A DNA stretch of 62,019 nucleotides, filler included, from Sphacelaria rigidula (taxonomy: Eukaryota): assembly GCA_964200075.2 (NCBI GenBank). It is 9 parts of 9 records of this genome, joined end to end, with 100 filler letters (N's around TTAATTAATTAA, not from the genome) between each part and the next. Parts side by side here need not be neighbours in the genome. Positions count along the whole stretch, not along the records: positions 1 to 6,803 come from CAXNAA020018003.1; positions 6,904 to 13,705 come from CAXNAA020018004.1; 7 more parts are not named here. The stretch is one strand, 5' to 3'. The notes beneath the pieces were generated by a model, which searched no databases, was not told the origin of the DNA, and saw only the letters and a program-made list of their open reading frames with translations. Positions 1 to 11,664 of the stretch are shown in pieces. The position numbers and the translations under genes are program-made. The stretch's first letter is position 1. Each line of letters starts with the position of its first letter.

Positions 1-913
1 GGTTCAGACTGGATGACGCGCCTCGCATGGGCACTACTGGCGAAACAACTCCAGGCGTGGGGCTAACCCTTACCCCCGTTGTGTGTGTGTCTGCAGCTTT
101 ATTGTGGGGCATCCATTTTATCCAACTGACCACTTTACTGTAGTGATGCTGTACTCTGGTGTGCTGGTACAGTATATCTCAGCAGACTGCTGAATGATGC
201 TGCGTTTCAAAGATCGTTGGCGTCTGCCGCCGCATTGAATGGTTTCGCTGACGGCGGTCGTCGCCGGCGCAACAGTATGAAGTCTCTCTCAGATACTCAA
301 CAAGAGGCTCTCGAAAACTCGATGACTAGTCCAAAGAAGTAGTTTTCAGCATGCTTTGTTACGTGTTCCGTAGCGCTTAGACGCAGGGGTTGCTCACAAG
401 ATGCCGCACAATAAACGATGGCTGTTTTTCTGTTGGAGTGGTCATCACCATGCTTGCGCTGCTGTGCAGAAACTTCTGGGTTAGGGTTACATGGTCGAAA
501 CCGGTTGCGAATCCCGAGCCTTTTGANNNNNNNNNNAGTCAATGAAATTTCGATGGTCCGTTGAACCTCACCCAAATGTTGAACCTCAGAAACGAATCCA
601 GGCTGGTTTTTGGTGTCATCAATAGAGTTGGTGAACAATCCATCAATAGCCTGTGTCGCCAACACAGGCTTTTGGGGTATCTTCCAATAATAATCGTTGC
701 CATCAACAATTAATTGTCGTTCTAGGGAGCATATTTATCAATAGCTAGTGTCGTTAACAATAGCGTTTCATAAATATATGGCTCACTGCAGCGGTCTCAT
801 GACATCAACGGCAATATCCCTCACACATGAACACGCAACTACCTGAGGCAGTAGTTGGCCATAGATCCTGCGGAAGAAGATATAAACATTTATCAACAAT
901 GTGCATACGAAGT

Positions 914-1180
914 ACATAGCTAGGGATCGACGCCATTCAGCTCCTGTTGTGGCCAGCAATAGATATTGGTGGCCGTGGTTCAAATTGCATTGTGACCAGC
1001 GACAGACATGGGTTGCCGCGATTCAGATTATATTGTGACCAGCAATAGGCATTGGTCGGCGCCATTCATATCCTGTTGTTGCCAACAATATGTATTGGTG
1101 GCCGCGTTGCAAATCTTACTGCGATTAGCGATAGATATTGATGGCCGCAATTCAGAGCCTATTGCAAAAATAACATGTAT
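914..1180. repeat. Degenerate 43-bp minisatellite (~6 units)
   Basis: Units such as caatagatattggtggccgtggttcaaattgcattgtgaccag and cgacagacatgggttgccgcgattcagattatattgtgaccag recur at a 43-bp period. Confidence 0.7.
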
Positions 1181-1952
1181 TGATAAAAAACGTGGCTACT
1201 CCATTGTCACGGCAATGATACATTCCGTCCCTTGACCCGAATCGTATGCCGCCTTCAATTGTAATCGATAGACAGCGATGCCAATCGCTTTCCGGTTAGG
1301 ACGAATCATCACGACCATGAATCACCAAATTCACGATTTCTCCCGCCTGATTGCCCAAAAGGAAGAAAAANNNNNNNNNNCAAGGGGTATCCACGCAACT
1401 TTTGCGCCATTCCATGTGTCTGGGCTGCGCGTACCTGGGATGCAACGCTGAAAACAAAGCCGAGGGATTAACTCGTACGATTCGAATCAATCATACAAAA
1501 AAAGTAATTTCCAGACTAATCATTATTTGTCCGACACTTAAATCGTTTATGACTGACAATAAACATTGACAGTCAAGTTTTCGAGGCTACTGTAGCCGCA
1601 TTGTGACCACGGCTGGACCCCTGGGGGGCCAGTAAAAGTACGACAACCAATCAATCAATCAATGTTCCATTACATAGTCTATTGTTCAGGGTATAAATAA
1701 ATTTCACCCACGCAAAAAAGTCTATAAGCGCCCATGCCCATCATAGAGAGGGACCAAACCTGAGGACCAACATCACACCAACAACAAACTGGTGAAATTT
1801 TATCCATACAAATTGCGGATTTCTACACTATACAATCGTTCCAAATTTGCAGAATCAATCGTGGCGTCATATTTTCACATGAAGTGGTGCTATCATATAC
1901 CCACTGCATGTTCACCTGCGGCTTCTCTACCGTGCTCTATCAGGGTATAATA

Positions 1953-2285
1953 CACACGCGGCCATTTGGCTACCCCCCGAAATGCCTCCGGGTGGATGCG
2001 CGGCTCTCCAGAGGCAAAACAGGCCTGCGGAGGCCTTCAATCCTTCTGGCGGAAACCAAACACTACCGACCTGGAGGGCCGCGCACCCCTTCGGAGGACT
2101 TTGGGGGTATGCGCGGCCCTCCAGAGGCAAAAATGAACCTCCGAGGGCATTTGATCCCCCTGGAGGTAACCGAAATATCTCATCTGGAGGGCCGCGCATC
2201 CCTCCGGAGGCGTTTAATTCCTCTGGAGGCTCGGAACATTTACCCACCTGGAGGAATTTTGGAGGTAGCAGAATGGCCGCGTGTG
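1953..2285 (+). mobile_element. MITE with CACACGCGGCCATT TIRs (CMC/EnSpm-like), copy 1
   Basis: TIRs cacacgcggccatttggctacc ... ggtagcagaatggccgcgtgtg, flanked by TA/TA; interior is packed with cctccagagg/cctctggagg motifs. Confidence 0.85.
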
Positions 2286-2296
2286 TACGCTTTATA

Positions 2297-2988
2297 GTCG
2301 GTCGCACCGGTGGCTCAGTTAGTAACCTCGGAACCTTGTGACGATTGGGTCGTCGGTTCAAATCTCGGAGCGATCTAGGATTTTTTCTCACACCACACAC
2401 GCGGCTATTTGGCTACCCCCCGAAATGCCTCCGGGGGGATGCGCGGCCCTCCAGAGGCAAAACAAGCCTGCGGAGGCCTTCAATCCCTCTGCAGAAAACC
2501 AAACACTCCTCCAGAGGAATTTGGGGTATGCGCGGCATTCCGGAGGCAAAAATAAGTCTCCGGAGGCGTTTGATCCCTCTAGAGGTAACCGAAATATCTT
2601 CTCTGGAGGGCTGCGCACCCCTCCGGAGGCGTTTAATTCCTCTGGAGGCTCGAAACGTTTACCCACCTGAAGGAATTTTGGAGGTAGCAACATGGCCGCG
2701 TGTGCATGCCCAACAGTGGAGAGCGACTATGTTAGGGGTACACAAAACTCGTCTTCACGGTCGACGAGGGAAAGGGACTGCTGAACCCCTCTCGCGATGT
2801 AACATGAAAAGGCATGCAAACACCGCAGAAGGAGGGTAGGGTACTAAAAACAAGGAAAAAGAAAAAGCCCCCGTGTGGACCTTCCTCCTGTGTGATCCCG
2901 GCTGGTGCGCCCACAAAGTACCGGAAGGTGTACTATAGACTGGCGTCGAGAATAGATGGGACGACAACATAACACACACAACACACAT
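2297..2988 (+). mobile_element. tRNA-derived SINE family A, interrupted by a MITE
   Basis: A-box tggctcagttag, B-box ggttcaaatc, (CA)-rich tail; homologous to 42735-43090 and 7716-7925. Confidence 0.75.
2396..2704 (+). mobile_element. CACACGCGG MITE copy 2, nested in SINE A
   Basis: Same TIRs as 1953-2285, flanked by CA/CA. Confidence 0.85.
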
Positions 2989-3301
2989 AGATGGTATGTT
3001 GCGATCAATGTAGGTGTGGCAGTAGATGGTAGAGAAGATCGGTAGGCATTGTATACCAGGATAGATTCTGTTATGTATCCATCGATATTCATTGCCGCCC
3101 TTGATAAATCTCGCACGTACGCACTCTGTCAATAGCCAGCATCGCCATCAATAGATTTGGGACACAATATATCAATAGCTATCGCCGCCATCAGAATATT
3201 TGGCACACAGTCTATCGATGGCCATTGCCGTTATTAATACATTTGAAAAGCTATCGATCGACATTTCGGTCAGCGACATTCGTTTTAGGTGTATAGGGCC
3301 A

Positions 3302-3424
3302 CACACGCGGCCATTCGGCTACCTCCAAATTCCTCCAGGTGGGTAAACCTTCCGAGTCTCCAGAGGAATTAAACGCCTCTGGAGGGGTGCGCGGCCCTCC
3401 AGAGGAGATTTTCTGGTTTCCTCT
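3302..3424 (-). mobile_element. CACACGCGG MITE copy 3 (one end only)
   Basis: Reverse complement of the right end of 1953-2285. Confidence 0.8.
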
Positions 3425-4463
3425 GTTCGTTGGCTCATATGCCGGTGGAGAGTTGGTCATATGGTTTATTAGTAGTGCAGCTCAGCCAGTCTGATTGCGG
3501 TGGTGGAAAGGAGTGAGCTCGTGTGCGAGCCACGAGCGTTGTCCCACCTCGACAAGTCTACACGTATGTCCCATCACGCGCCGAATGCGGTGTAACACCC
3601 CTGCATGTGTACCCAACCAAATCACTACACGTCAGGTCAGTCACTACATCGTAGATCCTACTCGTAGATTTAAACCAAGATATTAAGTTACTCGAATACC
3701 CCCCCTAACCTGTTATATCTTTGGACGATATCAGGAGAAAATCAAGAGGAGAATTCCGCCCATGCAAAAAGGAATCCTCTCTTCCGCTCACTGTGTTGTT
3801 GTTGTTGTTGTTGTTGTCTTCACATTAAAAGCCGTTCCGATATCTGCGCGGTACATTGGTACTNNNNNNNNNNGCTAGCAGAAGAAACCAAAATAAAATA
3901 AAATAGATCCAGAGTGAAATACTCACAAATCACTATACATAAAAACTCGAACAATCAAAAATGAAGAAAAAAGTCAGTCGCATCATGTACTACTCGCAGA
4001 ACACAGTCTCGACCCGGTTGGGGAGACAAGCAACTGAACACAAACCGCCTCGACCCAACCTAGCCCGGTCGGGGAGATCAAAACACAGCTCCCGCACTCT
4101 GAAGGCACATGCCGAGGTGACCCTCGAGGCATCCGTCAGAGGTGAGCGTCCGCTGATTCAAAACCAAGCGGGAAAATCGGGAGAAGAGGTTCACCTCTGC
4201 TCCCGACCCAGCCACAATAATGAAACACCCTGTACTCTCATATTCATCTCCAAGATTCAATCTCTCATCCAAGAACAAAGATGTAATGCCATCTCCACGA
4301 GAAAATAGGCCACCGAACATCGAGTCCAATCCGCAGTGAACTCATTCCAACGAGTACGTGAAAGTCAACAAGCACGCATTCGCATTGAGGCCGTTGCTTC
4401 TGTCTTTTTTTGTTCCTTTCTTTCTGTTTTCTTTTCATTATTTTGTCCTATATTTTCTGCTCC

Positions 4464-4525
4464 TGACCACGGGCTGGATTGCTGCAATCAGCTAATGTGA
4501 GATAATCAATCAATCAATCAATCAA
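4464..4525 (+). mobile_element. Retroposon 3' end: hairpin plus (AATC)n tail
   Basis: tgaccacgg-gctggattgc-t-gcaatcagc-taatgtgaga-(aatc)n; similar ends at 1605-1662, 25514-25568, 19528-19597(-) and 60064-60150. Confidence 0.65.
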
Positions 4526-4829
4526 TTACAGTACTTCCATACTACTGTACGTCGTCAGTTGTCAGCGGCAATTTCGAAACAAAAAATGTTATAATCCTAC
4601 TGTACCAGACATCATACCTCATACGCTGTCTCTTACTGCTCCGACATCAGAATGCTACTGTCTACTGTAACCAACAATGTCAATTTCCCCCCCTGCCTCT
4701 GCAAGTGGTGTACACTTTCAACCACAACCTCCCCCCCCCTTTTTCTTGTTCTTCAAAACATGGGAAAGGGCATAACAGCATAGCACACCATTTTAGCCGC
4801 TTACACGTCATGTCATTTCAGGCTTGCCC

Positions 4830-5720
4830 ACGCTACAACAGTCCATCATGTTTACGTTGCTGACCCAATATTTTCGTTTCAACAGTCTACCGGATATCAT
4901 CATGCCCTGCATTTTGCGTTCGTTACTACAACAGTCAATCGGAAAAAGAAATACCGTACCCCTTCGCGATCGCTTTCGGCAGTCATATTTTTCGAATCAC
5001 TGGCCCTGCGATATTTTTGCAGTCAAGGTTCACTGATCACCGTACTATCTTGGCATTTTGTTCCCAGAGTCAATCAACTACAGTCAATCGAACCATTTGT
5101 GTTACGTGCGTCAACTACAACAACAGTCCATAACTCAACTGCTTGCACATTTGTTCAGAAGAAAATTCGTGATCTAGCACTCACAACCCTTCTACAGTTA
5201 GCAGTCCAACGTACTCTACCGGTGTACTCACCAAAACATGAGAATCTCTTCTTACTCTACTATCTCGGCAGATTTCCGGCCGCTACTCGACATCATGATC
5301 GAAATTTAGCACAACATATTGTTTTTTCGCTGTTTGTGGTGCACGTTCCTACAGTGTTTTTCGGAATAATCTATGTGCCCATGTTTCCGCTGCTGCAAAG
5401 CTCTCGTCGTCATATGATATTTTGATTTGTCTACGCTACAACAGCCTACGTATCTACGTTGCTGACCCATGTTTGCTTCCACTACAACTGTAATTTGTGG
5501 ATTTCATCTCTTCTGTGTTACTCTCGCTCCGACAGCCAATCAAGTGTTTCAATTTTCTGTACCCCCTTGCGATCGCCTTTTACAGAGGTTTCCGTTTTCC
5601 GTACTTTTGTGAAAATCTTCAGTTAACGTTTAACGACCACTGTACTCCACTCGCGTACCTCAATCAATTAACTACGGTATATCTTAACATACTCTTGCGC
5701 GTCCAACTCAAGAGTGAACA
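4830..5720. repeat. Old degenerate tandem duplication (~600-bp offset)
   Basis: cgctacaacag...acgttgctgaccca at ~4831 and ~5434; gtacccc..gcgatcgc at ~4956 and ~5558. Confidence 0.5.
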
Positions 5721-5970
5721 ATTCTCTACTGCAATTTGCAACATACAAGCAAACAATCAACACTCCGATGCGTTCAATCATTAACAGTCAGTACCACTCC
5801 ACCATTTTATATCCTACAACATGAACGGAACATGAACATCTTATAGGTCTCACGGAAGACTCCTCCTGACTGAGAGAGAAAACTTCGCGCAGCAAATACC
5901 ATCTCATAAGTCAGTATACGCATCCCTTCTCCCGGAACACTCCGTCCGACCGGGAGAGAACAGCACTTCA

Positions 5971-6286
5971 GAGTCATCCTACGATAGGGGGTGTACTCAT
6001 GATCATGCATGTCATAGCCATCAGACCATTGACCTCGATCCTACGATAGGGGGGGGGTATTTTGGGCTATTTGTTGCTCGAAATTCCGAGTCAGATCGTC
6101 GTTGACAGCAGCAACGGTTGCTCGAACAAGCTTGTTGTGGAGGATCAAGAACGCTCCGCCAGCCTGCCCGACACCGTTCGGAACCAAATACAAGCGCAAC
6201 GCAAGTGTGGAAGGATGTCCGACACACTAATGAGCCTCTTTTTTTTTCGTGCAACCAAATACCCCCCTCCTATCGTAGGATGACTC
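5971..6286. mobile_element. Sola-like MITE (GAG...CTC termini, 4-bp TSD)
   Basis: TIRs gagtcatcctacgataggggg ... cctcctatcgtaggatgactc, flanked by TTCA/TTCA; the left TIR is interrupted by a retroposon micro-insertion. Confidence 0.75.
5992..6037 (-). mobile_element. ~45-bp 5'-truncated poly(C)-family retroposon tail with TSD
   Basis: Insert matches the family C 3' end and is flanked by the direct repeat atcctacgataggggg. Confidence 0.75.
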
Positions 6287-6487
6287 TTCACAGGTCAGGG
6301 TGTCTCGCCTCTTCCCTGGAAAACGTTTCGTCCAGTTGAGAGAGAAACCTCATCGATGCATACCACGTACCTCCTCCAGTTATGTCCGTCCATTATGTTC
6401 AAATATTGATTACAGTATGTCACCATCCAGTCTACCAGTACCCTATTCATATATTTAGTATCTGCATACTAGATACACAATATATAT

Positions 6488-6725
6488 CAAAGGTGCTCCC
6501 CGTATCCCGTACGGCGCCGGTACCCAGCACAGTATCACCCATACCCGTATACTGGGCACGGCCAAGATCTACCCGTACGAGACAGCAAAAATACCCAGTA
6601 TCGCCAGTTTTCGCCAGTATCCGGCCGCAACATACCCAGTATCGCCAGTATCGTCCATTACGAGGCGGCGAAATACCCAGTATCCCCAGTATCCGCCAGT
6701 ATGAGGCGGCGAAATACCCAGTATC
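6488..6725. repeat. Array of (C)CAGTAT motifs, probable subterminal region of a DNA transposon
   Basis: Repeated cccagtat/gccagtat motifs and a duplicated gaggcggcgaaatacccagtatc. Confidence 0.5.
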
Positions 6726-6729
6726 TGCC

Positions 6730-6803
6730 GAGCAATGCTACGGTAGGGGTGCACTTTTTTCGCGAAATTTTGTCTGGTTCAGGGGCTCCTAACGATTCTA
6801 GAC
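6730..6803 (+). mobile_element. GAGCAATGCTACGG MITE, left end cut by contig end
   Basis: Near-identical to the left end of 11403-11664. Confidence 0.75.
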
Positions 6804-6903
6804 NNNNNNNNNNNNNNNNNNNNNNNNNNNNNNNNNNNNNNNNNNNNTTAATTAATTAANNNNNNNNNNNNNNNNNNNNNNNNNNNNNNNNNNNNNNNNN
6901 NNN
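6804..6903. other. Artificial contig linker
   Basis: N44-TTAATTAATTAA-N44 (stops in all six frames). Identical linkers at 13706-13805, 20608-20707, 27510-27609, 34412-34511, 41314-41413, 48216-48315 and 55118-55217. Confidence 0.97.
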
Positions 6904-6990
6904 CGCCGTCCCGGCTTTGTAGGGATGCTAGGTCAATGGTCTTATGATTACGGCATGCAAGATCATGAGTATACCCCCACACGCCCCTCC
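6904..6990 (+). mobile_element. Poly(C)-tailed retroposon family C, 3' end
   Basis: gtcccggctttgtagggatgc..ggtcaatggtcttatgattacggcatgcaagatcatgagta followed by a C-rich tail. Confidence 0.7.
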
Positions 6991-7139
6991 CAACATTCTT
7001 ACCCAGGCCCTCGAGCCCGTTCCATCCCTCCTTCATGCGCACTCTAGTAGTGTTTACTACTTGGTCGATTAGAACCTTCCCGGAGTTTAACTACTTGATT
7101 TGAGTGTAAACACCGATACTCGGATCTTTATCGGTGCTG

Positions 7140-7312
7140 ACAGCCCTAACTGCCCCTCGCGTCAGCAGAACGCGTTTTCGTCAAAATCGGCGCCTGCTGC
7201 GCGGTTTTGAGGCCTGCCAACGCCACACTCTGCCTCGGGAACACTTCTCATCCCCCTTGCCCGAGGGTTCTCGGTATGCGTTGGATTGGGGTCAGGGTTA
7301 GGGTCAGCGTTT
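7140..7312 (+). repeat. Dispersed repeat ending in telomere-like (TTAGGG/TCAGGG) units
   Basis: cccccttgcccgagggttctcg...gggtcagggttagggtcagcgtt; homologous to 24660-24811(+) and 20265-20380(-). Confidence 0.7.
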
Positions 7313-7429
7313 TAAAAATATATATGTTTCCGAGAAATTTCTCCATCGACCAAGTGGTTAAACACACCTCGCGCACTCCCGCATCCTTGAGACTGACCTG
7401 TGACTTATTTATGTTGATGGTGCATGCAG

Positions 7430-7585
7430 GCATGTTGGCGTGGAGGACAATGGCACAAGGCCTTGGACTTGTTGAAGCACATGGAATCCGAAGGACTCAT
7501 CCGCAACGTCGTTCCGTACAAGACAATCAGCCCGGTGTCGTTGTATCGCGGTACCCGTCGGTGGCAAGAATCCTTGGATATTTTC
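7430..7585 (+). CDS. Pentatricopeptide-repeat-like exon (possibly degenerate)
   Basis: tgcag| ACWRGGQWHKALDLLKHMESEGLIRNVVPY...RWQESLDIF |gtagat; matches the PPR helix-B pattern (AC.R.GQW..AL.LL..M...G..PNV..Y); second repeat is irregular. Confidence 0.6.
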
Positions 7586-7715
7586 GTAGATGGTGTCGGT
7601 AGTGGCGGTGGTGGCGCGGCGCGGCGGAGTCAGCAACAGCAGCGACAACACCGAGAATAGAATGACTCTGAAGCCTTTCAAGATACTAGATGTAGAACAG
7701 TTACGTCATCCACAG

Positions 7716-7925
7716 GGTGTTGTCGTCCTTCTATTCTGGGAGCCGGTCTACACCTTTCGATATATGTGGGCGCACCGGCCGAGGTCACACAGGAGGAAGG
7801 TCAACACGAGGAGCTTTCCCTTTTTATTTGTTTTTGGTACCCCACCTTCCTTCTGCGGTGCTTGCTTTATTTATTATCGCGAGAGGGGTTCAGTAGTCCC
7901 TTTCCCTCGTCGACCGTCAAGTCGA
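7716..7925 (-). mobile_element. SINE family A, 3' half
   Basis: Reverse complement of ~2755-2970. Confidence 0.75.
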
Positions 7926-8962
7926 TTTTTTTGGGGGGGGGATATCCCAGTGCAGGTCGATGTGATTTGCTAGCATAGAAGCTACCCCGCTGCAACAGCG
8001 ATGTCGGAGCGTGGGAATATCCCGCGGTGGTGACAAAAGAGGAAATACCAAGAGTACCGAAGAAAATTGTTAGTTACGGTTGCAAGTGGTTGCCCCGGTG
8101 GCGAGCAACTCTTCCATGTGTCGGGTGGTTATGCGATAGAGGAAGTAGGCAGTGCGAGAAACGGCACTACGGGTAGTACCACCACTGAAGAATCTCCTCG
8201 TTGGCGTGAGCCTCGAGTTTTTACTTCGTAGGCGACCGGCAGTCATCTTGTATGATGTAGTGTGGGTCGTATGCAGGCATCACAATTTGTGCTTCACGTT
8301 CTTATAGCTTGAGAACTTTCAGGCTCACCTTCTGAACTGCCAAGTTCTTGGGTGGCGGTGCCACCGGCACCCGGCAGTCAAGGGGTTCGCTTTTTCTGTG
8401 GTTTTAGGCAAAAAAAAAAATTCGCAGCTTTGCGTTGTTGAGTGGCGATAGCACCAGCAGTAGCAAATGAATGTTGAATCACCGAAATACTGCTGCCCCT
8501 TATTTCCCCAAACCTAGCTATTTCTCATGTGCCCCACATATCTGATATCGAAAAACGTACAACACAGCGGAGTACAGAAGTTTGCTCGTAGGGGTACCGT
8601 TTGGGCAGAAGTCAAGAGGGAGTATACCCCATTTTCATACACAAGGGGGTATATGGAAAACAGTTCCGCGCAACATGCCAGTGCGCACCCCAACCTGCCC
8701 CATATTCAATTCTGACGCGCTGGCGTTCTCCCCACACCCCATGCAGAGCACGGGAACCAACTTGTTCCTGAATTTCGGGCACGTTTGAAGGCTAACAGTG
8801 CTGCGGCACTGGAAGGAGTCAACAAATACCCCCTTCTGTCCACATTTTGGGGGGGTACGCCCCCGCATCTCCTCTACCCCCATTTTGCCCATCATTTTTC
8901 CCCTTTCGTCTGAAACTATGCCCCTTTTCAGCACAAATTTGAAACACACCGAACGAAAGTTG

Positions 8963-9125
8963 CAAGGGCAGATGTCGGATAGGGTATACCCGATATTGTT
9001 GGTAATTTAAAAAGTGGGTCCCGTCTCTGAAGCCCATACAACAGGTCATTGTGACTGACTCGGGCAGGTGATGTGCGACTGTCAAAAAAAAAAGTATTGG
9101 GTATACCCTACCCGACCTGCCCTTG
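8963..9125. mobile_element. hAT-type MITE
   Basis: TIRs caagggcagatgtcggatagggtataccc ... gggtataccctacccgacctgcccttg; 8-bp TSD gaaagttg/gaaaattg; related copy at 41912-42115. Confidence 0.8.
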
Positions 9126-9574
9126 GAAAATTGCCATGATTTTTGTGATTTTTCGGTCAAATATTGTTGAAGAAATTGATCAAGTGACACTGGCAAAAAC
9201 CGAAAAGTCTGGTGGGCTTTGCGACGTTCGTATATTTGCTTCTGCTCCTTGCCCGCTCTGTCGCGATGACCTCAGATGCCGGCCACGCTCGCCCACATGT
9301 ATGCACACAAGTGCACGGTAGCGATAGCCAGTAGCCAAAGTAGCAACATCAACATTATCTCACGCCTTGCTAAACGTGCTCGGGCTGCTGGTAGGTACTC
9401 GAGGCACTCGACACGGAACATGATCTCATACTTGTAATCATGGTAACATGAGCTTCGTGAGGTCCCCGTGCCAAGGACCTGTGTACACAGCAGCCGACCG
9501 CATCCGCCGACGCCTCGGCTATAAACTAGGGGATAACAGGCTGGGTGCTCCCCCCTTCAAAATCTCGAAAATTC

Positions 9575-10667
9575 CAGGGCTCTTCACGTTACACGTTAAG
9601 CGTCACAAACGTACGTCACAAGGGCGTGACGTAACGTAACGTATGTTTTTCAAATACGTCACAAATGTGACGTGACGTAACGTTCAATTTTTCAACACGT
9701 CACAAAGGTGACGTGACGTTACGTTTTTTTTAAACGTTACATCAATGTATTTTGAAACGTTTCCCGTAACGTGTAACGTATTTTACACGTTACACACCAC
9801 AAAAATCATTACACGTCACATTGTAGGTTTATGGCGTGTAACGTATTTTGAAACGTTACGTTTGTGACGTGCAACGTATTATGGAACGTTATTGTGACGC
9901 ATAACGTAAAATGAAACGTTACACTTCGACCGTCTTGAGGGCAAATGAACGCTACGTACGACGTTGTAAGGTTACATGTATCGCAACTTGGTACGGGAGG
10001 CTCGCGGCGACGTTTACCCTCTTCCGCTCGAGATTTTCGGGCGTAGACTTGTCGGAAGTAGGGAGGTCCAAAGCCCCGTCTGCTGCCCTCTCCTGTAGCA
10101 CCCTCTCTCTCTGCCGTGCAAGGGGAACCCTGGGCCGCGCTCATCGTTGCAGTATTCTGGACCGCGCTCATTGTTACGTTACACGTCGCTCCCGCCCCGT
10201 CTGTGCTGTCGAAGTTGGTAATTTGAAATTCGGAAAATCGAAACTCGTGCTTTCGGATTCCGATACTCGCTTGTTCTGTGTATGTTCTATGGTTGGATGT
10301 GGTGTGGCGGTGCATGCTGCCGTGGCGCCAAACTTGCGCTTACATCGCGTGCGTATTATGATGTATGCACACTCTGCTTGAACCCATGTATTATATCATG
10401 CGAGTGTCACATATTATGCTCATCTCACACTAATTGTGGTACAAGTTGAGCGTGTGATGGTTGTGACGTTCATTTGGACGTGACGAACGTATAATAATGT
10501 GACGTGCATCGTACAAAATACGTTACACGTCACAGGAAACGTTTCAAAATACGTTATTGTGACGTAACGTAACGTATGATTTTTTAATTCGTCACAAGGG
10601 TGACGTAACCTAACGTATAACTTTTCGTACGTCACATTTGTGACGCAACGTGTACCCTTGAGTCCTG
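9575..10667. mobile_element. Non-autonomous hAT-like element with GTAACG/GTGACG subterminal arrays
   Basis: Termini cagggctc ... gagtcctg; dense acgttac/gtgacgt repeats at both ends in mirrored arrangement; degenerate 8-bp flanks gaaaattc/aaaagtgc. Confidence 0.7.
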
Positions 10668-11402
10668 AAAAGTGCGATCGTGGGACATTCGTGTCCAGAT
10701 TTTTCTCCCGGCATTTCCTTGACTTTTCAGCAAGATATGATAAAAATGGTACTCCTTCTTATCAGCGATGATACAAGGTAGGTTTGGCCTTTAGGCCTGT
10801 TACGGTGTCTGTGACCACGGGTTCGCGAGATCGGACTAATGTGCGGAATAATCATAATAATAAACGGCGGATGTAAGTGGAAGGACAGGTGCACACAACA
10901 TTCTCGGGCATCATGTAAGACGAAAATACACATTACAAAAAAGTCAGATGGATAAACGTCTCCGAGTTCGGAGTATGTTGCCGGATGCTGAGGGAATTCG
11001 CCATCAAGGGCGTCAAAGCACTTACTGCATGTCTCGTACTCGTACTCGCATCTTGGCTCCACATTTTCACTCGATGGGGGCTCCCAATTGCCATGTTCCA
11101 GTTTGCCCGCTGCTGGAAGTGCGGCCCAGATTCAGAAACGCAAGAAGTTCAACTCGGAAGACAAAGATGCAGTGACTCGGAAACTTGCTCGCCGACAGCA
11201 ACAAGGACGTTCAACCGCAAGGGGCCTACACGGAAGCCGCAGACAAGTAGATTCAAGCACATTCAACAGGGCGAAACATGTACTACGCAATATATCTTCG
11301 TATTTTTATTTTCATCTTCATCTGTGTAGGACAAAGAAGGGAGTCACGCCGTGTCCCCTGCCCAAATCCAGCCTCACCAGTCTTCAGCATCCAAAGATCT
11401 CG

Positions 11403-11664
11403 GAGCAATGCTACGGTAGGGGTGCATTTTTTGCGCGAGAACTTTGTCTGGTTCACGGGCTTTCAACGATTCTAGATGCACAAGAATGTGGGTCAGGGCA
11501 TCCCCGCGCGTTTGCAAATTCATTCGGGATATCCTTCATCATATTGGAAAAGTAATCCTGGCGTACTCCAACATGTTTTAGAAGTCGTGTTTTAGACAAG
11601 ATCAAGGGCTCTCAATAATTATAATCTCAGGAAATATATGTGCACCCCTACCGTAGCATCAGAC
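11403..11664 (+). mobile_element. MITE with GAGCAATGCTACGGTAGGGGTGCA TIR
   Basis: Right end is tgcacccctaccgtagcatcagac; flanks are ctcg/cacg (possible 4-bp TSD). Confidence 0.75.

Noticed and set aside
2297..2370. Genuine tRNA genes (also tRNA-like heads near 15085, 26640-26713, 26850-26930, 41230-41310 and 47960-48020)
   Set aside because: Only A/B boxes are retained, there is no complete cloverleaf, and most continue into SINE bodies.
1884..2839. Overlapping 110-164-aa ORFs on both strands
   Set aside because: They arise from GC-rich MITE repeats and show no protein motifs.
3424..3720. Possible solo LTR truncating MITE copy 3
   Set aside because: It begins with TG, but no second copy, TSD or clear PBS/PPT could be established.
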